Of a DNA stretch of 64,000 nucleotides, positions 35,734 through 48,033 are shown piece by piece; position 1 is the first letter of the stretch; every line of letters starts with the position of its first letter. The stretch is from the NCBI RefSeq assembly GCF_022846255.1, contig NZ_AP025682.1; one strand, 5' to 3'. The stretch comes from Escherichia coli (lineage in GTDB: Bacteria > Pseudomonadota > Gammaproteobacteria > Enterobacterales > Enterobacteriaceae). A model generated the notes under the pieces. That model was given only the letters and a program-made list of their open reading frames with translations, did no database searches and had not been told where the DNA came from. The position numbers and the translations under genes are program-made.

Positions 35734-36612
35734 ATGTTCACGGGAAGTATTGTCGCGATTGTTACTCCGATGGATGAAAAAGGTAATGTCTGTCGGGCTA
35801 GCTTGAAAAAACTGATTGATTATCATGTCGCCAGCGGTACTTCGGCGATCGTTTCTGTTGGCACCACTGGCGAGTCCGCTACCTTAAATCATGACGAACA
35901 TGCTGATGTGGTGATGATGACGCTGGAGCTGGCTGACGGGCGCATTCCGGTGATTGCCGGGACCGGCGCTAACGCTACTGCGGAAGCCATTAGCCTGACG
36001 CAGCGCTTCAATGACAGTGGTATCGTCGGCTGCCTGACGGTAACCCCTTACTACAATCGTCCGTCGCAAGAAGGTTTGTATCAGCATTTCAAAGCCATCG
36101 CTGAACATACTGACCTGCCGCAAATTCTGTATAATGTGCCGTCCCGTACTGGCTGCGATCTGCTCCCGGAAACGGTGGGCCGTCTGGCGAAAGTAAAAAA
36201 TATTATCGGAATCAAAGAGGCAACAGGGAACTTAACGCGTGTAAACCAGATCAAAGAGCTGGTTTCAGATGATTTTGTTCTGCTGAGCGGCGATGATGCG
36301 AGCGCGCTGGACTTCATGCAATTAGGCGGTCATGGGGTTATTTCCGTTACGGCTAACGTCGCAGCGCGTGATATGGCCCAGATGTGCAAACTGGCAGCAG
36401 AAGGGCATTTTGCCGAGGCACGCGTTATTAATCAGCGTCTGATGCCATTACACAACAAACTATTTGTCGAACCCAATCCAATCCCGGTGAAATGGGCATG
36501 TAAGGAACTGGGTCTTGTGGCGACCGATACGCTGCGCCTGCCAATGACACCAATCACCGACAGTGGTCGTGAGACGGTCAGAGCGGCGCTTAAGCATGCC
36601 GGTTTGCTGTAA
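35734..36612 (+). CDS. dapA: 4-hydroxy-tetrahydrodipicolinate synthase
   Basis: GAGGA upstream of the ATG at 35734; translation [13 protein letters not shown]… (292 aa). Confidence 0.95.
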   Translation: MFTGSIVAIVTPMDEKGNVCRASLKKLIDYHVASGTSAIVSVGTTGESATLNHDEHADVVMMTLELADGRIPVIAGTGANATAEAISLTQRFNDSGIVGCLTVTPYYNRPSQEGLYQHFKAIAEHTDLPQILYNVPSRTGCDLLPETVGRLAKVKNIIGIKEATGNLTRVNQIKELVSDDFVLLSGDDASALDFMQLGGHGVISVTANVAARDMAQMCKLAAEGHFAEARVINQRLMPLHNKLFVEPNPIPVKWACKELGLVATDTLRLPMTPITDSGRETVRAALKHAGLL

Positions 36613-36628
36613 AGTTTAGGGAGATTTG

Positions 36629-37663
36629 ATGGCTTACTCTGTTCAAAAGTCGCGCCTGGCAAAGGTTGCGGGTGTTTCGCTTGTTTTATTACTCGCTGCC
36701 TGTAGTTCTGACTCACGCTATAAGCGTCAGGTCAGTGGTGATGAAGCCTACCTGGAAGCGGCACCGCTTGCGGAGCTTCATGCCCCGGCTGGAATGATTT
36801 TGCCGGTGACCTCCGGTGATTATGCAATCCCGGTGACCAACGGTAGTGGTGCTGTCGGTAAGGCGCTGGACATTCGTCCACCAGCCCAGCCGTTGGCACT
36901 GGTTTCTGGCGCGCGTACCCAGTTCACGGGCGATACCGCTTCATTGCTGGTGGAAAATGGTCGTGGCAATACTCTGTGGCCGCAGGTGGTTAGCGTGCTG
37001 CAGGCGAAAAACTACACCATCACCCAACGTGATGATGCTGGTCAGACACTGACCACCGATTGGGTACAATGGAACCGTCTGGACGAAGACGAGCAGTATC
37101 GTGGTCGTTATCAAATCTCTGTTAAGCCGCAGGGTTATCAGCAGGCGGTTACGGTTAAACTGCTGAACCTGGAACAGGCGGGCAAACCGGTCGCAGACGC
37201 GGCTTCCATGCAGCGTTACAGCACGGAGATGATGAACGTTATTTCCGCCGGTCTGGATAAATCTGCCACTGACGCCGCGAACGCTGCGCAAAATCGTGCC
37301 TCCACCACTATGGACGTACAAAGTGCAGCTGATGACACCGGTTTACCAATGCTGGTCGTACGCGGGCCGTTCAATGTGGTTTGGCAACGTCTGCCAGCTG
37401 CGCTGGAAAAAGTGGGCATGAAAGTGACTGACAGCACCCGTTCGCAGGGCAACATGGCCGTAACTTATAAGCCGCTGTCTGACAGCGAATGGCACGAACT
37501 GGGCGCGAGCGATCCAGGTCTGGCATCCGGTGACTATAAACTGCAGGTTGGCGATTTAGATAACCGCAGCAGCCTACAGTTCATCGATCCGAAAGGTCAT
37601 ACTCTGACTCAGAGTCAGAACGACGCGCTGGTAGCTGTCTTCCAGGCTGCGTTTAGCAAGTAA
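36629..37663 (+). CDS. bamC: BAM complex lipoprotein BamC (NlpB)
   Basis: Lipobox LLAAC after the signal peptide; 344 aa from the second Met; directly downstream of dapA. Confidence 0.9.
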   Translation: MAYSVQKSRLAKVAGVSLVLLLAACSSDSRYKRQVSGDEAYLEAAPLAELHAPAGMILPVTSGDYAIPVTNGSGAVGKALDIRPPAQPLALVSGARTQFTGDTASLLVENGRGNTLWPQVVSVLQAKNYTITQRDDAGQTLTTDWVQWNRLDEDEQYRGRYQISVKPQGYQQAVTVKLLNLEQAGKPVADAASMQRYSTEMMNVISAGLDKSATDAANAAQNRASTTMDVQSAADDTGLPMLVVRGPFNVVWQRLPAALEKVGMKVTDSTRSQGNMAVTYKPLSDSEWHELGASDPGLASGDYKLQVGDLDNRSSLQFIDPKGHTLTQSQNDALVAVFQAAFSK

Positions 37664-37668
37664 AAATA

Positions 37669-37696
37669 CAGGGCTGGAGTCATCCGGCCCTTTTTT
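37669..37696 (+). terminator. dapA-bamC terminator
   Basis: GGGCTGGA / TCCGGCCC hairpin (one G-U pair) followed by TTTTTT. Confidence 0.55.
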
Positions 37697-37706
37697 CTGA
37701 TATGAT

Positions 37707-37722
37707 ACGCAAACGTGTGCGT
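37707..37722 (+). promoter_or_regulatory. PurR operator (pur box) upstream of purC
   Basis: ACGCAAACGTGTGCGT, 15 of 16 matches to the PurR consensus. Confidence 0.55.
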
Positions 37723-37767
37723 CGACAGAAAAACGCGATTTTAGCGGTAATTCGCACGAAATTTGTC

Positions 37768-37822
37768 TGTCGGACGTAGGTCGGATAAGGCGTTTACGCC
37801 GCATCCGACAAAACATCCGGCA
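37768..37822. repeat. REP element in the bamC-purC spacer
   Basis: GTAGGTCGGATAAGGCGTTTACGCCGCATCCGACA, an imperfect GC-rich palindrome of the REP family. Confidence 0.5.
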
Positions 37823-37875
37823 CACCAGACAGCAAAAGATTTTAAAACGTTAATTCACACCCAGGAGTGATAAAG

Positions 37876-38589
37876 ATGCAAAAGCAAGCTGAGTTGTATC
37901 GTGGTAAAGCGAAAACCGTATACAGCACGGAAAACCCGGACCTGTTGGTGCTCGAATTCCGCAATGATACGTCAGCAGGGGATGGCGCGCGCATTGAGCA
38001 GTTTGATCGCAAAGGTATGGTGAACAACAAGTTCAACTACTTCATTATGAGCAAACTGGCTGAAGCGGGTATCCCGACTCAAATGGAGCGTCTGCTCTCC
38101 GATACCGAATGTCTGGTGAAAAAGCTGGATATGGTGCCGGTTGAGTGTGTCGTGCGTAACCGTGCTGCTGGCTCTCTGGTGAAACGTCTTGGAATCGAAG
38201 AAGGTATTGAGCTGAACCCGCCACTGTTCGATCTGTTCCTGAAAAACGACGCCATGCACGATCCGATGGTCAACGAATCTTACTGCGAAACCTTTGGCTG
38301 GGTGAGCAAAGAGAATCTGGCGCGTATGAAAGAGCTGACCTACAAAGCGAACGACGTGCTGAAAAAACTGTTCGATGATGCAGGTCTGATTCTGGTCGAC
38401 TTCAAGCTGGAGTTTGGTCTGTACAAAGGCGAAGTGGTTCTGGGCGATGAGTTCTCCCCGGACGGCAGCCGCCTGTGGGACAAAGAAACGCTGGAGAAAA
38501 TGGATAAAGACCGTTTCCGCCAGAGCCTCGGTGGCCTGATCGAAGCCTATGAAGCCGTTGCCCGCCGCCTGGGTGTACAGCTGGACTGA
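37876..38589 (+). CDS. purC: SAICAR synthetase
   Basis: AGGAG upstream of the ATG at 37876; translation [17 protein letters not shown]… (237 aa). Confidence 0.95.
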
Positions 38590-38756
38590 TTTTTCTATTC
38601 ATCATCTTGCCGTGCTACTGGCACGGCAAGACAACCGCTCTCATAAGATGTGCATTGAACGCTCATTCCTCCGCCATTTCATCCCGCTTTCCTGTGGTAA
38701 TCTTCCTCTGAACCACCTACGATCATTTCTATAATGAATATAATGTTGAGGTATCT

Positions 38757-39620
38757 ATGCGTTGGCAAGGGCGACGTGAAAGTGACAATGTTGAAGACAG
38801 GCGCAACAGCTCTGGTGGTCCGTCTATGGGCGGTCCCGGTTTTCGCCTGCCAAGCGGTAAAGGCGGGCTGATTTTACTGATAGTCGTGCTGGTTGCAGGC
38901 TACTATGGCGTTGATTTAACCGGGTTGATGACCGGACAGCCGGTTTCCCAACAGCAATCAACGCGGTCAATTAGCCCTAATGAAGACGAAGCCGCAAAAT
39001 TCACCTCGGTGATTCTGGCAACCACGGAAGACACCTGGGGACAGCAATTCGAGAAGATGGGTAAAACCTATCAGCAACCGAAGCTGGTCATGTACCGTGG
39101 AATGACGCGTACCGGCTGCGGGGCGGGCCAGTCCATAATGGGGCCATTCTATTGCCCGGCGGATGGCACAGTTTATATCGATCTCTCCTTCTATGATGAC
39201 ATGAAAGACAAACTTGGCGCGGATGGCGATTTTGCCCAGGGGTACGTTATCGCTCATGAAGTCGGTCATCATGTGCAGAAACTGTTAGGCATCGAGCCGA
39301 AAGTTCGTCAACTGCAACAAAACGCGACGCAGGCGGAAGTAAACCGCTTATCTGTGCGTATGGAACTCCAGGCCGACTGTTTTGCCGGTGTATGGGGGCA
39401 TAGTATGCAGCAGCAAGGTGTTCTGGAAACTGGCGATCTGGAAGAGGCGCTGAACGCGGCGCAGGCCATCGGCGATGACCGTTTACAACAGCAAAGTCAG
39501 GGGCGAGTAGTACCAGACAGTTTCACTCATGGCACTTCTCAGCAACGCTACAGCTGGTTTAAACGTGGTTTCGACAGCGGCGATCCGGCACAATGCAATA
39601 CTTTTGGTAAAAGCATTTAA
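38757..39620 (+). CDS. ypfJ: Predicted zinc-metalloprotease-like membrane-anchored protein YpfJ
   Basis: 287 aa, one N-terminal transmembrane helix, HEVGHH motif. Confidence 0.85.
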
Positions 39621-39634
39621 CTTCCGGGGCAGGG

Positions 39635-41650
39635 ATGGCTGAACTGACTGCGCTTCACACATTAACAGCGCAAATGAAACGTGAAGGGATCCGCCGCTTG
39701 CTGGTGTTGAGCGGGGAAGAGCGTTGGTGTTTTGATCATGCGCTTAAGTTGCGTGATGCCTTACCTGGCGACTGGCTGTGGATTTCGCCGCAGCCAGATG
39801 CTGAAAACCACTGTTCTCCCTCGGCACTACAAACTTTACTTGGGCGCGAGTTCCGGCATGCGGTATTCGACGCCCGCCACGGCTTTGATGCCGCTGCCTT
39901 TGCGGCACTTAGCGGAACGTTGAAAGCGGGAAGCTGGCTGGTGTTGTTACTCCCTGTATGGGATGAGTGGGAAAACCAACCTGATGCCGACTCGCTGCGC
40001 TGGAGTGATTGCCCTGACCCTATTGCGACGCCGCATTTTGTCCTGCACCTCAAACGTGTACTTACGGCGAATAACGACGCCATCCTCTGGCGGCAAAACC
40101 AGCCGTTCTCGTTGGCGCATTTTACTCCCCGTACTGACTGGCACTCCGCTACCGGCGCACCACAACCAGAACAACAGCAACTCTTACAGCAGCTACTGAC
40201 CATGCCGCCGGGCGTGGCAGCGGTAACTGCTGCGCGTGGGCGCGGTAAGTCGGCGTTGGCAGGGCAACTCATTTCTCGTATTGCGGGCAGTGCGATTGTC
40301 ACCGCGCCCGCAAAAGCGGCAACGGATGTACTGGCACAATTTGCGGGCGAGAAGTTTCGCTTTATTGCACCGGATGCCTTGTTAGCCAGCGATGAGCAAG
40401 CCGATTGGCTGGTGGTCGATGAAGCCGCAGCTATACCTGCGCCGTTGTTGCATCAACTGGTATCGCGTTTTCCTCGAACGTTGTTAACCACTACGGTGCA
40501 GGGCTACGAAGGCACCGGACGTGGTTTTTTGCTGAAATTTTGCGCTCGCTTTCCGCATTTACACCGTTTTGAACTACAACAGCCGATCCGTTGGGCGCAG
40601 GGATGCCCGCTGGAAAAAATGGTTAGTGAGGCACTGGTGTTTGACGATGAAAACTTCACCCATACACCACAAGGCAATATCGTTATTTCCGCATTTGAAC
40701 AGACGTTATGGCGAAGCGAGCCAGAAACGCCGTTAAAGGTTTATCAATTATTGTCTGGTGCGCACTACCGGACTTCGCCGCTGGATTTACGCCGCATGAT
40801 GGATGCACCAGGTCAACATTTTTTACAGGCGGCTGGCGAAAACGAGATTGCCGGAGCGCTGTGGCTGGTGGATGAGGGTGGATTATCTCAAGAACTCAGT
40901 CAGGCGGTATGGGCGGGTTATCGTCGTCCACGGGGCAATCTGGTGGCTCAATCGCTGGCGGCGCACGGCAGCAATCCACTGGCGGCGACATTGCGCGGAC
41001 GGCGGGTCAGCCGGATAGCAGTTCATCCGGCGCGTCAGCGGGAAGGCACAGGGCGGCAACTTATTGCTGGTGCTTTGCAATATACGCAGGACCTCGACTA
41101 TCTTTCGGTGAGTTTTGGTTACACCGGGGAATTATGGCGTTTCTGGCAACGCTGCGGTTTTGTGCTGGTGCGAATGGGTAATCATCGTGAAGCCAGCAGC
41201 GGTTGCTATACGGCGATGGCGCTGTTACCGATGAGTGATGCGGGTAAACAACTGGCTGAACGTGAGCATTACCGTTTACGTCGCGATGCGCAAGCTCTCG
41301 CGCAGTGGAATGGCGAAATGCTTCCTGTTGATCCACTAAACGATGCCGTCCTTTCTGACGACGACTGGCTTGAACTGGCCGGTTTTGCTTTCACTCATCG
41401 TCCGCTATTAACATCGTTAGGTTGCTTATTGCGTTTGCTACAAACCAGCGAACTGGCATTACCGGCGCTGCGTGGGCGTTTACAGAAAAACGCCAGTGAC
41501 GCGCAGTTATGTACCACACTTAAACTTTCAGGCCGTAAGCTGTTACTGGTTCGCCAGCGGGAAGAGGCCGCGCAGGCGCTATTCGCACTTGATGATGTTC
41601 GCACTGAGCGTCTGCGCGATCGCATAACGCAATGGCAATTTTTTCACTGA
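39635..41650 (+). CDS. tmcA: tRNA(Met) cytidine acetyltransferase
   Basis: 671 aa with a helicase-like ATPase region (TAARGRGKSA) and a C-terminal GNAT-like region. Confidence 0.9.
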   Translation: MAELTALHTLTAQMKREGIRRLLVLSGEERWCFDHALKLRDALPGDWLWISPQPDAENHCSPSALQTLLGREFRHAVFDARHGFDAAAFAALSGTLKAGSWLVLLLPVWDEWENQPDADSLRWSDCPDPIATPHFVLHLKRVLTANNDAILWRQNQPFSLAHFTPRTDWHSATGAPQPEQQQLLQQLLTMPPGVAAVTAARGRGKSALAGQLISRIAGSAIVTAPAKAATDVLAQFAGEKFRFIAPDALLASDEQADWLVVDEAAAIPAPLLHQLVSRFPRTLLTTTVQGYEGTGRGFLLKFCARFPHLHRFELQQPIRWAQGCPLEKMVSEALVFDDENFTHTPQGNIVISAFEQTLWRSEPETPLKVYQLLSGAHYRTSPLDLRRMMDAPGQHFLQAAGENEIAGALWLVDEGGLSQELSQAVWAGYRRPRGNLVAQSLAAHGSNPLAATLRGRRVSRIAVHPARQREGTGRQLIAGALQYTQDLDYLSVSFGYTGELWRFWQRCGFVLVRMGNHREASSGCYTAMALLPMSDAGKQLAEREHYRLRRDAQALAQWNGEMLPVDPLNDAVLSDDDWLELAGFAFTHRPLLTSLGCLLRLLQTSELALPALRGRLQKNASDAQLCTTLKLSGRKLLLVRQREEAAQALFALDDVRTERLRDRITQWQFFH

Positions 41651-41723
41651 CTCCTTCAATTTTCTCCCATGGTCATTGTGAGTCAGCGGCGTAAAATTAA
41701 TGACATCAGTTAAGGAGTTCGCC

Positions 41724-42422
41724 ATGAAACATGACCATTTTGTTGTTCAAAGCCCGGATAAACCAGCACAACAGTTGTTACTGCTTTTCCACGGTGTCGG
41801 GGATAACCCGGTGGCAATGGGGGAAATAGGTAGCTGGTTTGCGCCGCTGTTTCCTGATGCGCTGGTGGTGAGTGTCGGTGGCGCGGAGCCGAGCGGTAAT
41901 CCGGCGGGGCGTCAGTGGTTTTCGGTGCAGGGTATTACGGAAGATAATCGCCAGGCGCGTGTGAATGCCATCATGCCGACGTTTATTGAGACGGTGCGCT
42001 ACTGGCAGAAACAAAGCGGAGTAGGGGCTAATGCCACGGCGCTAATCGGTTTCTCACAAGGCGCGATTATGGCGCTGGAGAGCATTAAAGCCGAACCGGG
42101 CCTTGCTTCGCGCGTCATTGCCTTCAACGGACGCTACGCGAGCCTGCCGGAAACCGCGTCTACAGCCACAACAATTCACTTGATTCATGGCGGTGAAGAT
42201 CCGGTTATCGATCTGGCGCATGCGGTTGCGGCGCAGGAAGCGTTAATCAGTGCCGGTGGCGATGTGACGCTGGATATCGTGGAGGATTTAGGCCATGCGA
42301 TCGACAATCGCAGTATGCAATTAGCCCTGGATCACTTGCGTTATACCATTCCGAAACATTATTTCGACGAAGCGCTAAGCGGCGGTAAGCCTGGCGATGA
42401 TGATGTGATTGAAATGATGTAA
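41724..42422 (+). CDS. ypfH: Esterase/phospholipase-carboxylesterase family protein YpfH
   Basis: AAGGAG upstream of the ATG at 41724; translation MKHDHFVVQSPDKP… (232 aa); alpha/beta-hydrolase GFSQG motif. Confidence 0.85.
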   Translation: MKHDHFVVQSPDKPAQQLLLLFHGVGDNPVAMGEIGSWFAPLFPDALVVSVGGAEPSGNPAGRQWFSVQGITEDNRQARVNAIMPTFIETVRYWQKQSGVGANATALIGFSQGAIMALESIKAEPGLASRVIAFNGRYASLPETASTATTIHLIHGGEDPVIDLAHAVAAQEALISAGGDVTLDIVEDLGHAIDNRSMQLALDHLRYTIPKHYFDEALSGGKPGDDDVIEMM

Positions 42423-42430
42423 TAATAGCC

Positions 42431-42495
42431 GGGTAGGTCTGATAAGACTGTATCAGGCATCATGGCCGGATGCGGCGTTAACGCCTTATCCGGCC
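42431..42495. repeat. REP elements between ypfH and ypfN
   Basis: GCCGGATGCGGCGTTAACGCCTTATCCGGCC palindrome plus an adjacent degenerate copy. Confidence 0.5.
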
Positions 42496-42502
42496 ACTTA
42501 GC

Positions 42503-42703
42503 TTACTTCTTCGGTTGATCCTTTTTCGGCCAGTCGTCGTCATCGTCCCACTTATCGTTGAAATCACGATGCGGGGGAAGCTCCGGCTTGTTGGCGAGAA
42601 ATTTCTTATGGTCGACGCGCTTGAGATCTTTAATCACGTTCAGCAGGACGCCTACCAAAAAGACAATCACCAGAATCCACCAATATTTAGCCAGCCAGTC
42701 CAT
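42503..42703 (-). CDS. ypfN: Small membrane protein YpfN
   Basis: Start placed at [16 protein letters not shown]… (66 aa): one transmembrane helix and an acidic tail. Confidence 0.7.
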
Positions 42704-42730
42704 GCTTATTTCCTCTTGCAGAACCACTCA

Positions 42731-43858
42731 TCAGGCGACGAGCTGTTCCATGATACGTTGATACATACGGGCAAGTAGCTGCAGGTCGGCAGCGTTCACA
42801 CATTCATTAATTTTATGAATTGTGGCATTGACCGGCCCGAGTTCCACCACCTGCGCCCCCATGCGGGCAATAAAGCGCCCGTCGGACGTTCCGCCTGTGG
42901 TCAGTAGCTGCGGTTTAATTTCATTATAGTGCTCAACCGCGTTAACGACCGCATCCACCAGTTTACCGCGCGCGGTCAAAAATGGCTGCCCGGAAAGCCA
43001 CCAATCCACCGTATAGCGCAGTTGATGTTTTTCAAGCAGGGCAAGCACCTGCGCTTTGATCATCTCATCCGTCAGTTCGGTGCTAAAGCGGAAGTTAAAC
43101 TGCACAAACAGTTCACCTGGAATAACGTTGTTACTGCCCGTTCCCGCCTGAATATTGGCAATCTGCATACTGGTCGCCGGGAAGAATTCATTACCCTGAT
43201 CCCACTCAATAGCCACTAATTCATTAATGAAAGGTGCTGCGCGATGTACCGGATTGTCAGCCAGATGTGGGTAGGCAACATGCCCCTGAACGCCATGAAT
43301 GGTAAGGTTGCAGGTTAACGATCCGCGACGACCATTTTTCACCACATCACCTACCACTTCGATACTCGACGGTTCGCCAACCAGACAGTAATCGAGACGC
43401 TCATTACGCGCCATTAACGCTTCGACGACTTTTACCGTACCATTGTGGGCACTAGCTTCTTCATCAGAGGTGATCAGAAATGCCAGTCGCCCCGTATGGT
43501 TGGGATGTTGTGCGACAAAGCGTTCTGCCGCTACTACCATCGCCGCCAGCGAGCCTTTCATATCTGCCGCACCGCGCCCGAATAACATGCCGTCACGAAT
43601 GGTTGGTTCAAACGGCGGATTGATCCAACGATCGGCGTCGCCAGGCGGCACCACGTCGGTATGCCCGGCAAAGGCCAATGTTTCACCTTGCCCACGCCAT
43701 GCCCAAAAATTCTGCGTATCGGCAAAGTCCATGCGTTCAACGGTAAAACCGATCGCCTGCAAACGTTCAATCAACAAAGCCTGGCATCCTGCGTCATCAG
43801 GACTCAGGGAAGGGCGGCGAATAAGCTGTTGTGTCAGCTCAATAACCGGGCACGACAT
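42731..43858 (-). CDS. dapE: Succinyl-diaminopimelate desuccinylase
   Basis: 375-aa M20-family peptidase (…[10 protein letters not shown]…). Confidence 0.95.
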
Positions 43859-43861
43859 AGA

Positions 43862-44236
<375 letters not shown>

Positions 44237-44598
44237 TTATGAGAATAAATACTCATTTAAAGGTGAAAACATTTTGCCTGCAAATGATTATCAGGAAATA
44301 TAACATTATCGAAGTATTCAAATTAACAACCATTAAATAACATTAAACATTTTTAACGTAAACATTAAGAATATTCATCTTGTTATCTGTCTGTATTTTA
44401 ACCAGAATTAAATCAGTATTAGATGCCGTATGAATATCTCGAAATGTTGCGGTGCATCACATACAAATCATCACCGCAGGACCATAGTATTTACATAAGG
44501 TTTGTCCCCCGGAGGTAGTCATCACAGCAATCGAGTAAATTAGCTTCACCACGGTATATTGTTTCCGTAGAATACCCATAATTATAAGAGAGGTTGTT

Positions 44599-44658
44599 AT
44601 GATTGAACGTGAACTGGGGAACTGGAAAGACTTTATCGAAGTTATGCTTCGTAAGTAA
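44599..44658 (+). CDS. ypfM: 19-aa small protein YpfM (MIERELGNWKDFIEVMLRK)
   Basis: Not in the ORF track (too short). GAGAGG RBS upstream of the ATG; sequence matches the small protein I recall as YpfM; a stem-loop follows. Confidence 0.6.
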   Translation: MIERELGNWKDFIEVMLRK

Positions 44659-44719
44659 TTCCTGAGACAAAGTACAAACAGCAAGAACCCGCTGAGCAGG
44701 TTCTTAATCGGAAAGTTGA

Positions 44720-44757
44720 AAAGGGCGACACATTGGCATGTCGCCTTTTTTATTGCT
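44720..44757 (+). terminator. Terminator between ypfM and the convergent acrD 3' end
   Basis: GGCGACA / TGTCGCC hairpin followed by TTTTTT on the + strand; it abuts the acrD stop codon. Confidence 0.6.
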
Positions 44758-47700
44758 TATTCCGGGCGCGGCTTCAGCGGGAAGCGGCGGCGCACCAGCA
44801 CAAAGAACAGCGGCACGAAGTAAATAGCCAGAATAGTGGCCGAAATCATCCCGCCCATTACGCCAGTACCCACCGCATGCTGACCACCGGAACCGGCACC
44901 TGTGCTGGTTGCCATTGGCAATACGCCGAAGATAAATGCCAGCGAGGTCATCAGAATCGGGCGTAAACGCTGACGGCAGGCGTGGAGCGTCGCTTCAAAC
45001 AGGTCGTGGCCTTTTTGGTTCATCTCGTTAGCAAACTCGACGATCAGGATAGCGTTTTTCGCCGATAAACCAATGACCGTTAACAGACCCACCTGGAAGT
45101 AAACATCGTTTTCCAGCCCGCGCATCCAGGTTGCCAGCAGCGCGCCGATAACCCCCAGCGGCACGACCAGCATTACCGAGAACGGCACCGACCAGCTTTC
45201 ATACAATGCCGCCAGACACAGGAATACCACCAGCAAGGAAATGGCGTACAGCGCCGGAGCCTGCGCGCCGGAAAGCCGCTCCTGATACGACATCGCCGTC
45301 CACTCCAGACCAAAGCCGTTTGGCAACTGCTTCACTAACGATTCCATAATATCCATCGCCGTACCGGTACTGACCCCCGGTGCGGCTTCCCCAACAATCT
45401 CAACCGCAGAATAACCATTATAGCGTTCCAGACGCGGCGAGCCTGTCTCCCAGCGTGAGGTCGCGAAAGCAGAGAAGGGCACCATGCCGCCATCTTTATT
45501 TCGGACATACCAGAGATTGATGTCATCTGGCAGCATGCGATACGGCGCAGCTGCCTGCACATAGACTTTCTTCACGCGACCGCGATCCATAAAGTCATTC
45601 ACATAGCTAGAACCCCAGGCGGTTTGCAGTGTGTCGTTAATATCGTCGATAGCAACGCCCAGCGCCTGAGCTTTACGCTGGTCGATATCAATCTGCAACT
45701 GCGGACTGTCGTCGAGGCCGTTATGGCGCACACGGGTTAGCTCCGGGTTTTCCGCTGCCAGCGCCAGCAACTGGTTTCGTGCTGCCATCAGCGCATCGTG
45801 ACCCGCTCCAGCGTGGTCCTGCAACTCCATATCAAAACCCGCAGAACTACCAAGACCGCTAATTGCTGGCGGGCTGCTGGCGATAACGCGAGCTTCTTTA
45901 ATCTTGTTAAACGCCTTCGTTGCACGCTCGATAATGGCAAACGAGGTGCCGGTCTTACTGTCGCGTTCGCTCCAGTCTTTCAGGCGGATAAACATTCGCG
46001 CCACGTTTTGCCCGTTACCCCCAGGGCCAGAACCCACGGTGGCAAACACCGACATGATGTTGTCTTTTTCATGGGTGAAGTAATATTTCTCGATTTGCTC
46101 AACGACTTTCAGGGTCTGTTGCTGGGTTGAACCGCTGGGCAACTGTACCGAGGTAGTAAACATGCCACGGTCTTCCAGCGGTAAGAACGACGTCGGCAAA
46201 CGCAGGAACAGGAACACCATGCCGCCAAGCAGCAGGACATAAATCACAATCCAGCGCAGGCTACGGTGGAGAATTTTCGCCACCCCTTTTTCGTAGCGTT
46301 CGGCGTTGCGGTTAAACATCTGGTTAAACCAGGCAAAAAAGCCTTTTTGCCCGTGATGCTCACCTTTTTTCAGTGGCTTAAGTAGCGTGGCACACAGAGC
46401 AGGAGTGAGGATCATCGCTACCAGTACTGACAGCACCATCGCCGCAACAATGGTAATAGAGAACTGGCGATAGATGGCACCGGTGGTGCCGCCGAAGAAG
46501 GCCATTGGCACAAATACCGCCGAAAGCACCATCGCAATCCCGACCAGTGCCCCCTGGATCTGCCCCATCGATTTACGTGTGGCTTCGCGAGGAGTGAGTC
46601 CTTCCTCACTCATAATACGTTCGACGTTTTCCACCACCACGATGGCATCATCCACCAGCAGACCGATCGCCAGCACCATCGCGAACATGGTTAAGGTGTT
46701 GACACTGTAACCGAAGGCGTAAAGCACGGAGAAGGTTCCCATCAACACCACTGGCACGGCGATAGTGGGTATCAGCGTGGCGCGGAAGTTTTGCAGGAAC
46801 AGATACATAACGAGGAAAACCAGGGCGATAGCTTCCAGAAGCGTTTTCACCACGTCTTCAATGGAGGCTTTAACAAACGAGGTGGTTTCATACGCCACCT
46901 TGTATTCCAGTCCGTGTGGAAAATACTGCGCCAGCTCGTCGAGACGATTGAGCACCAGCTCCGCTGTCGCCATTTCGTTCGCGCCGGAGGCCAGTTTAAC
47001 CCCCAGCCCGGAGGCTGGCTTACCATTGAAGCGGCTAAGATAATCGTATTTCTCCGCCCCCATTTCGACGGTGGCGACATCGCCCAGCCTTACCTCTGAG
47101 CCGTCCTGATTCACCCGCAAGGTGATATCGCGGAACTGTTCTGGTGTTTGCAGCAGTGACTGGGCGTTAATGGTGGCGTTGAGCGCCTGCTTATCGACGG
47201 AAGGCGTACCACCAAGTTGCCCAACCGCAATCTGCGCGTTCTGTGATTCAATGGCATCGGTGACATCTTTAGCCGTCATCTGGAAACTGTTGAGTTTCGC
47301 CGGGTCCAGCCAGATACGCATGGAATATTGCGAACCATAGGCATCGATATCCCCGACGCCATTCACGCGGCTTAACGGGTCCTGAATATTACTGGCAACA
47401 TAATCGGCAATATCCTGCTTATCCATCGAACCATCGGTAGAGACGAAGGCAATGGTCAGAATGTTGGTATCGCCGGTTTTACGCACCGTCACGCCCTGAT
47501 TTTGCACCGCCTGCGGTAACTTTCGCATGGCTGATTGCAGCTGGTTTTGTACTTGCTGCACGGCTTCGTCCGGATCGGTGCCTGCTTTAAAACTTAACGT
47601 GACAGATGCCTGACCGGTGCCGCTGCTCTGAGATGACATATACATCAGATTATCGAGGCCCGTCATATTTTGCTCGATAACCTGGGTCACGGTGTTTTCC

Positions 47701-47870
47701 AGCGTCTGGGCCGATGCGCCGGGATAGTTAGCGGTCACTCGCACATTCGGTGGCGCGAGATCGGGGTATTGTTCAACGGGCAATGAAAAAATCGCCAGGG
47801 TACCTGTCAGACACAACAGGATTGCCAGCACCCAGGCAAAAATGGGGCGATCAATAAAGAAATTCGCCAT
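44757..47870 (-). CDS. acrD: RND-family aminoglycoside/multidrug efflux pump
   Basis: 1037-aa twelve-helix RND transporter ([21 protein letters not shown]…); no adjacent adaptor gene, as for acrD. Confidence 0.95.
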   Translation of the reverse strand: MANFFIDRPIFAWVLAILLCLTGTLAIFSLPVEQYPDLAPPNVRVTANYPGASAQTLENTVTQVIEQNMTGLDNLMYMSSQSSGTGQASVTLSFKAGTDPDEAVQQVQNQLQSAMRKLPQAVQNQGVTVRKTGDTNILTIAFVSTDGSMDKQDIADYVASNIQDPLSRVNGVGDIDAYGSQYSMRIWLDPAKLNSFQMTAKDVTDAIESQNAQIAVGQLGGTPSVDKQALNATINAQSLLQTPEQFRDITLRVNQDGSEVRLGDVATVEMGAEKYDYLSRFNGKPASGLGVKLASGANEMATAELVLNRLDELAQYFPHGLEYKVAYETTSFVKASIEDVVKTLLEAIALVFLVMYLFLQNFRATLIPTIAVPVVLMGTFSVLYAFGYSVNTLTMFAMVLAIGLLVDDAIVVVENVERIMSEEGLTPREATRKSMGQIQGALVGIAMVLSAVFVPMAFFGGTTGAIYRQFSITIVAAMVLSVLVAMILTPALCATLLKPLKKGEHHGQKGFFAWFNQMFNRNAERYEKGVAKILHRSLRWIVIYVLLLGGMVFLFLRLPTSFLPLEDRGMFTTSVQLPSGSTQQQTLKVVEQIEKYYFTHEKDNIMSVFATVGSGPGGNGQNVARMFIRLKDWSERDSKTGTSFAIIERATKAFNKIKEARVIASSPPAISGLGSSAGFDMELQDHAGAGHDALMAARNQLLALAAENPELTRVRHNGLDDSPQLQIDIDQRKAQALGVAIDDINDTLQTAWGSSYVNDFMDRGRVKKVYVQAAAPYRMLPDDINLWYVRNKDGGMVPFSAFATSRWETGSPRLERYNGYSAVEIVGEAAPGVSTGTAMDIMESLVKQLPNGFGLEWTAMSYQERLSGAQAPALYAISLLVVFLCLAALYESWSVPFSVMLVVPLGVIGALLATWMRGLENDVYFQVGLLTVIGLSAKNAILIVEFANEMNQKGHDLFEATLHACRQRLRPILMTSLAFIFGVLPMATSTGAGSGGQHAVGTGVMGGMISATILAIYFVPLFFVLVRRRFPLKPRPE

Positions 47871-48033
47871 TAAAAGAGGACCTCGTGTTTCTGCGTATCG
47901 TTGTAGGCTTGGCTTGCTTCACTGTAGCGGCAAGGTACGAGCCAATCGTGGAGAAAAAAAGGAGTTAATGTAAATTATCATGCCCTTTTATACTGAACCT
48001 TAAGTGCCACTATTCTTTGGTCAATAAGAGGCA

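Noticed and set aside
38606-38630. Stem-loop after purC (CTTGCCGTGC / GCACGGCAAG) as a terminator
   Set aside because: Perfect 10-bp stem but no U-tract on either strand; it may be a stabilising or REP-like hairpin, so I did not call it a terminator.
44457-44684. 75-aa minus-strand ORF across the ypfM region
   Set aside because: Antisense to a short gene with good translation signals; no RBS of its own.
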